This document shows positions 36,796 through 49,136 of a stretch of DNA of 64,000 bases, piece by piece. The notes below the pieces were generated by a model. The model saw only the letters and a list, made by a program, of their open reading frames with translations, did not search any database and was not told the DNA's origin. The stretch's first letter is position 1. Each line of letters begins with the position of its first letter. The stretch spans positions 12,834,001-12,898,000 of the forward strand of contig OZ234494.1 in the NCBI GenBank assembly GCA_965153455.1. The letters run 5' to 3'. A program made the position numbers and the translations under genes. The DNA is from Sphagnum compactum (Eukaryota).

Positions 36796-39700
36796 ATGTT
36801 GAGTCCTAGGATTCACTCGCCATCCAGATTCAAGAACAATGGCACGCCCGGCGTGGCCGGGCAATCGCGGCTGGCGGTCTCGAGTCGAGCAGCGGTAACT
36901 ACTGGGAGCGGCAATCACGGAGGAGGAGGAGGAGGTCTGGTGCGTGCGGTGGTGCGTGTAAGACCAGGATTGGAGTCAGATCGTGATAACAAGCCGTTCC
37001 ACATCAAGGTCGTCAAAGGCGTCGACGGGAAGGACTTGTTTCAGATCTCTGCTACGAAATCCAGGTTCGTAATCTTCTCGAGGAGCGCCGCCGGATCTGA
37101 TTCACCTGTCGTTCCTCGCTAAGTGCTTCCATACCCCTGCACAATGAGTCAATTGCAACAGGAAGTTTCCAAAAAGAAAATTGCCGTTTGTTTCTGCAGC
37201 CGATTGGAGACGTACAGACTCGATGCATGCTACGGCGAGGAGACGAAAACGAGAGAGATTTTTGTAGCGGAAATGGATGCAATGATCGCTTCTCTTTGCC
37301 AAGGTCTCAATTCCACTGTGTTCGCCCTCGGTGCGATCGGAGGCGGGAAAACTCACACTATGAAGGTACGTATCCTTGGATCCTTGGTTCTCGTTGCCCA
37401 GAAGTATATCGTCCTCGACGACGGAATGAAGGAAAGCACGAGAGAAATCTCTCTTGATCGATCAGCACACTCATCCAGAGTAGGTTTTTTTTCTCTTTCG
37501 CAGGGTTCAAGGGAGGAACCAGGTCTCATACCACTGGCACTAGAGAAAATCCTGGCAGAGGCTGAGAAGACTTCTTGTAACAAAGTCGAGGTTTCCTATT
37601 ATCAAGTGTATATGGACCGATGTTACAATTTGCTGGATCCCAGAGTGGGCGAGGTTTCAGTCTTTGACAGCAGCCAGGGGGGCCGTGTGCGGCTGCGAGG
37701 GCTGAACCGGGTAAGATTTTCTCTTCAAATCTCTCGATCCTCTGCAGTAGTAAACCCTAGATCCTTTCAACCTAAAATTCCTAAAATTCATATCCTATAC
37801 ATCAACAGTTTTGCATGGGTAAAGCAGTTGGATTGGGGTTCAGTATGTGCCTAGTGAGCCTGTGGCTGCAAAACCCTAGGTCTTTTGATTTTGATGTAAG
37901 ATCAAGCTTCTCAATCTCATAGGTGTATGTTCATCCTGAACCTTCAACAACCCTGGACATCATCCTGAACCCTGGAAGTGCTAACTGCTATGGACCCTGA
38001 AATGTGCAGGTATGTGTGAAAAGTCTTGCAGAATTCCAAAAAATCTTTGATGATGGCTGTGCACGGCGTCTGATGGGGCAGACAGTTGATGTGTCCAGCA
38101 GAAGTCATGCTGTACTCACTGTAACAATGTCTTCTTCTTCAACATTCAGTGGCAAACTTAATCTTGTTGACCTTGCTGGTACCCTAATCTCTTTCAACTA
38201 AGCCCATCTTTTAAGCTCTTCCCCAAGCTTGGATGCAATTACTTACAACAATTTCTGGAATTTTGTGTGTTCTTTCCACGACTGCGTTACCTTATACATT
38301 TTGTGTGAGTCATTATATCCATACGGCAGTTTTTAACTTCTTTGAGACTAAAGTTTCTTGTGGCTTGCAAAAGCAGGGCATGAGATTGACTGCAAAACAT
38401 GCAATGATGTAGTGCGCCTCTCAGAACAAAGACATGTCAACAAGTCACTGTCTTTTCTATCAAATGTTATCAGTGCTTTGGATGCTGATGAATCAAGAGT
38501 GTCTTTTCGCGACAGCACGCTTACGCGGATCTTGCAGGACTCACTGGGTGGTAACAGCCAAGTCTTGACAATCGCATGTCTGGTAAGCTTCCTTCATTAT
38601 TAGCTCTCATATGTTGCAAGATTTGGTTTCAAGCAAGAAGTTATATGATTCAAATTAGTTGGAACTGGAATACTGTCTCAATCTGCTGATCATTCTGATT
38701 GTGAAATGCAGGGTCCCAGTTCTTACCTGGAGGCATCCACAACAATGAACCTTGTAGCAAGGTCAAGACATATAACAAACCGATCCAGCAGCCTTGAAGA
38801 CATTGCAAGTGGGGAGAAATCTGAAGTAGAGGCTGAACCCAGGCATTGGCAAGAGTCACAACCAAAGACACCTGTAAAATCAGTTTCATTGGTCCCAAGC
38901 CCACTGTGCCCTAAACCCCCTACATATTTGCGACCATGCCCATCACCAGCAGTGCGACGAGCTTTAATGACAGACCTCAGCATTGGAAATTCACCAAAAT
39001 TGAGGTATTTCCAATATAACCTGTCAAAATTTCACTGTTTCTTATTGAATTTTGATGTTATCTGGAACTATTGAGCCTGCCAGGGGAGTTGCCTGACTGT
39101 GGTGGGATAGTAGAGGGGAAGGTGTGGTTGTGAATCAAAGCCACCAGGAGAAAGAAAATTATCTGATATTCCTTTCTGATGGTTGCAGAGCACCCTTGAA
39201 AGAAAATGGAGCAACTTTGAAAGCAAACTTTGCAACTGCTGAGGTCAGAAGAAACTTCTTTCATATGCCTGATATTGAAAACCGTATGGAATGCAGAATA
39301 CATCAGTAAGTTTGTCAATCTTGAAGTAACTGGCTGCTCCATCTCTCAAATTGCAGGGTTCAAACTTTAGACCTAGTTACTTGTCATATTGATATCAACA
39401 GGATTGAAAAGCCATATATCCATGATATTATGATGTTGTACAATATATTTTACACCTCAATGTTCTGGAAGGTTACATACTGATTTGTCCAGGAACATCC
39501 ACTGTAATATTGTGAATGTACCTGTATCTTGAAGCCATAGGTAGACCACAAAACATTGAGAGATCAAGTGTATTTGACATAGCGTGCTGACAAAGTCTTA
39601 AAAATTGGATTTTCTATGCAGTGCCCAACAGCTCAAGAGAATGACAGCAGTCAAAGTATGACACCCCTGTCAAATACAGACATGATTGTGGCCAGTGCTG

Positions 39701-41853
39701 TTTCGAAAGATACTGACATAAAAGGCAGTTCTCAAAAGGCCTCCATACAGCACTCTGGTAAGTTAGTAGTAACTGGTCAATGGTTTTCCATTTTGCACAG
39801 ATATGAAATTTTGGAATGGTGGTTTTGGGCATGTAATGGTTATTTTACAGGGGATAACAATTTTATGCAGAGTGCTGCTCAACATGTAAAGTAGGTCATG
39901 TGCACTTGCAGAGAGAAGTACCCATCCATCAGGACAGTGATTTTCTGTGCACAGACTCAAGTGGTTTTGTAGGAGGGACTGCACAGAGACCCCTGATACA
40001 GTATGACAACCCAATATATCAAGATGACTCACCACCACTGGATATGATTTCAAAGACCCTGAGCTCAAGAATTGGTGTTCTTTCTCCACTGTCCTCAAAC
40101 ATCAAGCTCCTGGATGTGGCCAGATCATCCACTGTAGACTGTAGCAACTGCAGGCCTGCTGATGAGGATCTTTCTCACAAAGTTAGCCACCAACAGAGCC
40201 TTCTAGCAGGAAATGACTGCGAAACCCCTGAATTTTCTGCTGCCGTAAACAGCTCTATGTTGTCTGCCCCTGCATGTAGCTCACCATTTGAACAGTTCAA
40301 CAACTGTAACCCAGATCTGCAGGCAAGTTTTCTTCTATTGTGTTCAATGTCAAGGTGAAGTTCAATGTAAGTCTAGTTGATAACATGATCATCCAAAACC
40401 TTAACTCGTTGTTTGACACCCCTTGACACATTGTGTATGTCAATCAGAATTCAGTTCTAAGATACTTCACTTCTTTGATTGCTATTCTTAATGTGTTTCT
40501 CACTCATACCAGCACCAAGCAAACCCCCCACTGCACATTTATAGACTTGACTGCTAATTCTCTTTCCATGGGAATGTGCAGAGGACACTCGTGAAGCAGT
40601 ACTTGAATGTGCTGAATACTGCCACCAGGTATGATGGATGCTTTGCACAAGTTCTCATTTTGTGAAGTACGCTTGACTTTTCACAAATAATGGACTTTGC
40701 TTTGCACAAATGCTGGTGAATGAGATGGACAGATGAAAGAGATGGAATAGCGAATTCTGATTTAGTTCTGTTGCTTGTCTTTTCTAGAGAGGAGCTGCTG
40801 CAACTCAAGGTTAGCTTATTCAAAATGCTTCTATACAGATGTTTGAAGTTGTCAATGTTGCCTATGTTGTAATCCATGTGATCTAGGTGCATTCTGTATT
40901 GGGCTACAAGAACCTATGCAGTTTGACTTCCATTTTGTTTTGTCTTCACTCTAGTGGTCCTGAAGGTTAGGGTCATTAGCTTACAAATGTGATCCTTGGG
41001 TTCACAAAATAGGCATGTTGTTACCTCAGACTTACTGCTAAACATAAAAATTGTAAAAATCAAAGGGCTTACATTCAGAATGCAGGCATAACAGTAATTT
41101 GCTTGCATGTATTAAAAGTGAAATGCCTATGAACATGTGAAATTTCATCTCTTCTAGAGGCATACATTGACCCTGATTCATCCTGTGCCTAGAGCCAGAT
41201 TCATCATGTTACTTTGCAGGCATGTTTTTGATCACTTTCCTTGCTTTTCTCCTGTGTAGGGAATAGGACCAAGAAGGGTAGCCAGAATTTTAGAACTGAG
41301 AGATACTTCACCAGAACCTCTCAAAGAGGTACAAACCACATTCTTCAAATCATCTAGGCATTAGACATTGCAATCATATTCTACACAAAGCATTGCCGTG
41401 CAGATGTGACTGCATAAATTACCATGATCTTGCTGAATTTGTATGGATACTAATTTGTGTGCTTGTAATTGTACAGTTTCAAGATCTAACAAAACTGGGG
41501 CTAAGTGAGAGACAGGTGTGTGACATTCTTACAACACCAAGTTCTATGGTCTTTGTCGCCCATTTGCAGATGAATATTAGAGTCTGCACTGCATGTTGTT
41601 TCAGACTGCCTGTCACGAGAAACATATCACTAAACCATTTCTGCAAACAAAATTCTTGTTATTTATTTTAGTTTTAAAATGACTCTAGATATTCAATTTT
41701 GGCTTAAACATTTGAAAGTGATTTTGTCAGGTCATGCACCCAATAAAGTCTCGGTCCTTTAAAACTTACAATCTAAACATGTTCTTATGTTTGCAGGCAC
41801 ATTCTATCTTCCATAGCAATGTCTTGCGACAGATTGCCTTCACCTCTACCTAG
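36796..41853 (+). CDS. Kinesin-10 (KIN10B/C-type, KID-like) protein with N-terminal motor and C-terminal helix-hairpin-helix; approx. exons 36796-37064, 37200-37365, 37504-37710, 38010-38178, 38377-38582, 38712-39004, 39189-39243, 39622-39757, 39871-40322, 40582-40628, 40788-40809, 41260-41328, 41477-41515, 41797-41853
   Basis: Motor motifs VVRVRP, GAIGGGKT, SSRSHAVL, LNLVDLAG, NKSL and LTRILQDSLGG. The C-terminus LVKQYLNVLNTATREELLQLKGIGPRRVARILELRDTSPEPLKEFQDLTKLGLSERQ is an HhH motif typical of kinesin-10. The middle linker exons are less certain. Confidence 0.88.
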
Positions 41854-42593
41854 AATGGCCTTCACGTCTACCTAGAATGGTTCAAGGATCTACGCTCACG
41901 GGAGCAACATGGACCATGTTTGCTGTCAACACAAGACCTTGAAAATGTCTATCAACAAAAACTCCTCCAATGTTTCCCCTGTAAAAAGTATTTGTTTGTT
42001 TGTACCTGGTGTTGATGATAATTGTGAGCAGATTATGATTATCACCCCACTGTGAGAAGCTGATGGAAGTCAGTGGGGTCCAATGGCAACTTTTCACTGC
42101 CATTTCTGATACTTTGTGAGTAACCTTCCCCAAGGTTGTTTGGGATGCATGTTATTGTAATACCTTTTATTGGAATTAAATACAACAATTACATTCAAAG
42201 TCTTTTTGTGAGTTTTCTCCACAATTTCATTGCTAACCAACATGTACATGGTACTCTATATTTGTGTACCTTATTGTTACTGCATAAGTTGTGTGCCATT
42301 TCTTTATTTGCCTCAGAGATGGTTGGAGAAAGTTACCAAATGTGGAGGAGCAGAGGAGCATTTTCTCCAATTTTCATTTGTGAACATATAGATTAAAAGA
42401 TGTTTTTATAAACTTTCAACTCACAATAATTCAGTACATGAATCAATTAATCACAATTTGATAAAATCATCATCTAGTAGCCATGGTGCTTAATGCAGCA
42501 ACAAACTAATGTTGTTATACACACTCTAAAACTTGTGTGCTGATTATTTCTTCTACTACTCTAATGTGTGTGCTTTTTGTTTGCTTGGTTGCC

Positions 42594-45415
42594 CTAAAGA
42601 TTGTTGGAGAAAGCAATGGTAGTGGCAGGTAACCAATTCTCACCACTAATGAAATTTCCTACTGTGTATGTTAGAGCTTGTGTTGCTGTAAGCTGATGAC
42701 TCCAACTCACACGCTGTGCAGTATTTGCTCCAGGTCCCGTGTTCAAATACTCGCCGTATGTGACTAAGTTACCAGAGTTTGCAATCCCATTCCATAGCAA
42801 CCAGCCAGCTGGATTGATCACGCTCCCAAGTGTGCACTCAAGGAACACCGTCCTGGCATATGTTTTCCAAGGCCTGCCCAAGTAGGTAGGCCAACTGGAA
42901 GCGGCAGGAGTGTCAACTCCCAAATTACATGAAAGGAATGAGAACCCTGTTGGCTGTGATGGATCTGTCCTGCCGCTGGCTGTATATGTGTTTTGAGAAC
43001 CTTGGAGTCCAGGGAGCGTTAAGAGTTGGCAGTTCTGGAAAACAGCTGCTGCGTTTCCAAATATGTAGTCCACTGTGCCCAGAATTGTGCAGCCTGTGTA
43101 GAATTGTCGAAAAGTATAAGCATATAACGTATCCTGCAGAACGTTATCGCAGAAAAAGCACATATGTTATGTTAGAAAAACCTATCAGGAATTCAAACAC
43201 ATGAAAAAAGCAGATCACGTTTCGTTTCTTCCATCACAACAACACAAACAATTGAAACAAAAAAAACCTCCTTCACAATATTTCAGTTTGCACTATTTCC
43301 CTCTCTTGCAGATCACAGACGTTGTGAAAACCATGAAATTATATTCTTTCCCTGTCAGGATGAAAACACATGAAAAACAGATCACAATATTTCTTTCAAT
43401 AGCAAATCTTGACTTGACACATTCACTCCACAATAAATCAAGCATTCATGAGACAGAAAATTCAATTTCCCCTTTGTTGATTTGGTTTCAATTTCACTGC
43501 AGATTCTTTGAGTTTGAAACAGGTAAGTTTGAAGGTACCTGGTATCCTTCAATAGAGAGGCCAGAGAAAGCACTCTGGTCACCGCCTACTCTTAATGCCA
43601 CAGCTTGGTGACCATTTGGTCCTGCTGTGTTTCTGATTGACATGTCCATTGCAATGAACCCCGAAGCTTGAACAGCTGCACAGAAATCAAGGCAGATGAC
43701 ATTGGTGGGTGTTGAGAGAAGTATGTATGAATATCGTGTATTCTAAAGGTCCACCAAATTGTTGCACAAAGACTCAAAAGACGAAGCAACAGACACAGAG
43801 GGACAGCAAGAGCAAGCACAACATTGCTTGCAGATTTGGTTAGAATGGGTTTTTGCTTACAAACAAAGCAAACACAAGCATTCATCAGGTGGGTGAGAGC
43901 TGTATCGATTTTGTGTCTTGTAAAGAAGTTCCAGCAACTTGTTCCACACGCCCATTTCAAAGACACAGAGGGAGGAGAGGGAGAGCAAGAGGGAGAACAA
44001 CGTTGCTTGAAAATTACGAAATGGGCTGAGAACTCTGCGGATTTGGGTAGAATGGGTTTTCTTCTTACCGAGAGTGGCGCTCAAGAATGTCGTGGATCCG
44101 CCAGTCACGCTCTTGCTGCCAGTGAGAATAGTCTGACCAATGCCATCGCCATAGATCATCAGGTTCTTGGCATTCTTGCCCACGTTCACTTGCTCCGAGT
44201 AAGTCCCGGCCTTGATGTAGATCACCCATCTGCTAGCAGAGCTGCTTCTCGCTGCGTTCACCGCAGCCTGGATGGTCGTGTACTGGCCTGACCCATCTTG
44301 CGCCACCACTGCATTTGGAGTCGGTTTTGTTAGCAACAAACGGCGGTCTCCTGCGCTCATCCACTCCGGGTAAGAAGCTCCTCCAGCTCCTCCTCCTCCA
44401 AGCAGATGGGTACTACTATCTTCTTCTTCCATTCTGTAAGGAGTGTGATCGGCGTAGAGGAGGCGGCGGTTGTGTGAGCCGGGAAGCAAGTCCGACAAGG
44501 AGGTGATCTTCGTAAGGTCTGTTACAAGAGCTAATGCATTGCTCAGTAGCTGAGTTGCGTGCGTTGCTTTGGTTCCATTTATTGCGTCGCTGTTGTTCCA
44601 GATACCGAAGTCTTGGACTTCTGTCAGACAAGTATCCTGCGAGGTCATGGCGGCGCTCAGGAGCTGCTGGACATCCACGACTTCGGATTGTAAACTCCCC
44701 AGCGTCAGGGTGGAGATTTGGGAGAGTGAGTCGTTGAGCTGCTCCAGAGAGTCGGTCAGCACTTGCTCGCATGTCAGCAGCGTGTTGTATTGTGTGCCGT
44801 TTTTCGAAGGCGACGAGGCTGCCAGGTCCGTCACGGCGTTCAGAGACTCGTTGATGGCTATCATTGCTGCCTCCACTGCGATGCGTACATACTTCTGTGG
44901 GTCCTTGGGATCTGTTCCGTTCAGCGTCGAGCTACACACTGCTGGATACCTGCAGCCGAAGTCGATCAGCGACAAAGCTCAAACATCAGTCCAACCGCCA
45001 AGCATGCAAATAGAAAAGAAGAAGCTCAGGAAAACCCAGCAGCGGCTGGAGGAGAGTCTTACAAGGTACTGTTGCAAACTGACGAAATAGAAACCGTGCT
45101 ACTACTGACTCCAGCAGCTCCGTCTGCACCACTGTTGTCATTCTTATGCCCGACTTTCACACCCACCACAACCGCAATCACTGCAACAATCACAAGCAAT
45201 ATACACGCGCTGATAGCTATGCATCCCTTCCTGGACCTCCTCTCTCCGGAAGGCGACGACTGGGCTATAACATGAACGCGCTGTTGCTGCTGCTGCTGCT
45301 GGTCTACGCCATTCACACCGGCGAGATCAATCTTGGAGTAAGATTTGGAGTTCCCAAGAGTGCTCCCGACTACATTGCTCGCTTGCCTCCATAGCTTCTC
45401 CCCAGAACTTCTCAT
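42594..45415 (-). CDS. PME: Pectin methylesterase with N-terminal TM anchor and PMEI pro-domain; exons 45415-45063, 44949-44069, 43675-43539, 43133-42594
   Basis: TM segment CIAISACILLVIVAVIAVVVGV, PMEI Cys pattern (VC...YPAVC, TC...LSAAMTSQDTC), two RRLL processing motifs. Catalytic motifs GTYSE, QAVAL, YQDTL, GTVDYIFG and LGRPWK are all intact. Confidence 0.96.
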
Positions 45416-48400
45416 CTTTTCTCCTAGCTAATTCCACACTCCTCTCGCCCTCGACGCTTTGTCACCCAGTCCAGCTGCTTCCACTACAGTATTTGCACTA
45501 GTTCTGCAGCGGCAAACTAGCCGAATCAAATCCAATATGCTTGTAGTAGTTCTTCTGAAACTCCTCAATGCAACAGAACCCAGTACTTAAATCAACAGAG
45601 TAATCTCACAAAACCCCCAAAACAATAAAAATCTAACCCGGAGCAACTCTTTCTCTCGATCTGCCACCAATTGTTGTCAGCGTCAAGCAGCTTCTGCATG
45701 GACAAAGAGAGGTACAGCTTAAGAAAGCAAAGCTTATGGAGTCTACAGTTGTTGTTGGGTAGTGCTAGTCGTGCCGGTGATCCTGCAAGTGCTCTTTTTA
45801 TCCAGTTCTTGTCTATTCCTTCATGAACTCTAGAATTCCCAGTAGCACTTGTCGAGAACTCCGAATGCTGTAGATTACAAAAAACGACAAGAAGTCCGGA
45901 AAGAAGAGGAGCTGAAGAAGACGGAGAATGCTACTCGAAAGTGGCCGCGCACGTAGACTGCAGTTGTCCTTCCGCGTACGCGCGAGTTTGGTGCAGAAGC
46001 GCGTTGCGGGAGCAGTGAATGAACAGCGGAGTTCACGGGCAGCCGTCATCCCCTTGTGCTCATTAATGACTACCCTACTATTTCTACATACTCACTGCTC
46101 TTCCTCTTTCCTTGGAATTTATATTTTTTTAAAAACTCTTTCAGAGTGGATAAATAATTACTGTCCACCTTTAAATTATCACAATGTAATTTTCTGATGA
46201 GTCTGATTAGAAAGATCATCAGCTTTTGAAAATTTCTCATAACTGGGAAAGTTTACAAAGGAAACCATCTGCTTGCAAGACTCCTCCCACCCAGCTAAGC
46301 ATTCTAGGATTTCTTGCTCTCTTCTGGGATTTTGTCATCACATAAAGACAAAAACGAAATGCTGTGCATATATGCGACATCTGTTGTACATAGGCGACTG
46401 AGCTAGTCATAAACAGTTTGGGGGGAGTGAGGACTAAGGTGAATTATAGAGACCCAAATTTATCTGTTGCTTTGCATAGTCTTTGATGCTTTGCAGAGAA
46501 TGAGAGGAGGAGTGAGGATGACTGAGCCAACTAAACTGTAGACAAGGGTGAAGTCATAACAAACCCATAGAAGTACAGATCAAATTTAGAAGGGTGGACA
46601 AGAAGAAGAGGAAGAAAAAACAACAACAAAGCAGCTAAAACTCCAAGTCAAAATTTGTAAGAAATAATGCATTAATACAGGGACCCACCTTGATTGAGCT
46701 TCAATTCGTTTTCTTCCCCCTTGTGTGCTGTGGAAGAGCATTCTGTGTAAGGTAAAGCCTGAACATTTCGAGGGCAAGGGCCATTAGAGAGAAATGATTG
46801 GTGCATGAGGTGACAGCTGAGTGTAATCCCGGTTTTGATAATGCTTGCTTTGGATCATGGCCTTTTACACAACGTAGAAATCAATGCAAACTTCAATTTC
46901 ATTTTCACAACTTCGGTTTCTTTTCTCAGATGCCAGGTCTGAGAAGGTGGAAAGAACAGGCAAGAGTGAATGGGGGATTGCTTTATGTTTTTTTGTAAAA
47001 GCCCACCATGAAAACAGAACCCCCACTCATGGGGTGAAGGAGTAATTGTGCACTATAATGCGCCCTTCAGTTAGACTACAAGAGTTCTAAGAAGTTTTTA
47101 CTGAAGATTGGCTCTTATGATGCAAGAAAATAACACTGCAATTCAATTTTAGGAGAGAGAGAGATAAAAACATGCACACTCAAAGCATGGACAAATTTAG
47201 AACCAAGAATTTGAAAATTAGAAACTTTGGAATTTGTGGGTTCATGTTAGATCAAACTATGACGAAGACTTATGGTCAAGTGTGCTAAATTGCAACGGAT
47301 TGGACAGCGAACATGGTTTTGTTTATTTTCAATGACCATGGGACAAGGCTGAACAAGCACCTACACAGGTACCTTCACCTTCATTCACAAGTGAGGGTCT
47401 CTTAGTTACTATATTGAACCCCAGTGAATGTTAAATTTGAACTAGAGGCCTTGTTTTAGTCTTAAAATGAATATCTTCAATGTTTTGGAAGCAACCCAAA
47501 AACAACCTTTTGTGGTTCTTAAGCTTTTTCCATGGTACCAGTGTAGGTGCTGGTTCCCCGGCCTCCCTCCCTCCCTTGGTATTGACCATGGTGGGGGGCT
47601 TTGATGATCCTGTCAGTACAAGGGTACCACCATGGCGCCAGCAAAATTTAGTAGCTATTGATCTGGCAGGAAGTAGTTACCAAAATGCAGCTCTCAAGGC
47701 TGCTGTCTGCTCTGCAGCACTAATTTTATCTGACTTAAAAAGTACCCAACTGGGTCTTTCTCATTCCAGCTCATATTGGGTTGCAAAAATTAGTTGCAAA
47801 CACTGGTTCAATAACTCTGAGAAAGAAGAAAGAAAGAAAGAGAGAGAGAGAGGATCAGAATGACCACCAGAACAGCCACTAGACCAACACTATAACCCAC
47901 CACTAAGAGGGATAGAGCTAGATTAGTGAACCAACAATCACCAGTACACGGTACCCCCCATCCATTGGAAGCCTGTGGATGACTCAATTGTGGATGAACC
48001 CCAAACTGAGTTGATGTTGGGTTTCACCTTATTTGATCTATCCTCGGGTGTGTAAATTGATAGTCGATTTGTGAATGAACCCCAAGCTATGAGTTGACGT
48101 TGTGTTAATCTTGATGAATTAGCCTAACCTGTAAAGGACCAAAGGTATTATTGTCGGTAGTTTGGTAGGATAACAAGTGAATATTAAGGTAATTGGATGC
48201 ATGTAGATAGAGAGATAGATAGTAAGGGCTAGTGGGTTGTGAGTTGATATGGTAGTGAAGAAAGAAACTGAGCTAACCAAACACCCAGGCTAGCTATGGA
48301 ACTTGAACCCAGATGGAAAAAGTATTGTGTTTCCTACCCACTCACAATCTATCCATGCTGGTGGCTGTTGGGTTCACTCTGGCCATGAAGATAGTGAACT

Positions 48401-48657
48401 CATTGCTAATGAGGTGAGAGTGTCAGGTACGTGCAATGTGGATGGGGGAGGAGTTTCCTCTTTCCAAAAGTTATGGATTTTATCAAAACCTGACATTATA
48501 AATTTGTCACCAGGTGGGAGAGAGTGGGTTTGGTAGCTGACAGAGTTCAGAGTTGCAAGACATGTTCTCTTCTCCTTTTGAGCATGTCCCAACTCCTTGT
48601 TGTTTACAGTTAGTTGTTTTTCTTCTTTTCTTGGCTTCACCCCAGTAGCAGAAGTGA

Positions 48658-48892
48658 GTGAGCCAGGGGAAGTCACTTCCAAATTTTTTCAAACTTGTGT
48701 GTGGAAAAAATATAAGGTGCAACTAATTCATTAAGAAATATAATTTATAATCTATTTAAATATAAATAAGGTGTTTATTATTCATAATTCATTATGAGAA
48801 TGCGTATAATAATTTTGAAATATTTTTCATTATTTCATAGCATATACCCAAAAAGTGTTGCCTCATTGTCTCAAGTGACTTCCCCGAGCTCA
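48658..48892. mobile_element. MITE-like element
   Basis: Inverted termini GAGCCAGGGGAAGTCACTT / AAGTGACTTCCCCGAGCTC around an AT-rich core. Confidence 0.6.
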
Positions 48893-49103
48893 AGTAAATA
48901 AATTTAAAAATTAAAAAAATTAAAAAAATCAATGTGCAAAACTCTGTTGAAGGAAATTAGAGAATCTTGGGGGGGGGGGGATATTCAACAATATTTTGAC
49001 ATGGAATCTTCATAATTAATTAATTAATTAATTAATCAACAGACATGTGTTTGAAGCTGTACACACTATGTACTAGTAAGCATGTACTCAAAGGACAATA
49101 GCA

Positions 49104-49136
<33 letters not shown>

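Noticed and set aside
44569..45394. Long + strand ORFs overlapping the PME gene, and similar antisense ORFs over PAO and RALF
   Set aside because: These are shadow ORFs of GC-rich coding exons with no recognisable domains.
24266..45415. RALF and PME as a cell-wall signalling gene cluster (both carry RRxL processing sites)
   Set aside because: They are 18 kb apart with unrelated genes (OEP16, NIP7, kinesin) between them, and both families are multi-copy. Proximity alone is not evidence without conserved synteny or co-expression.
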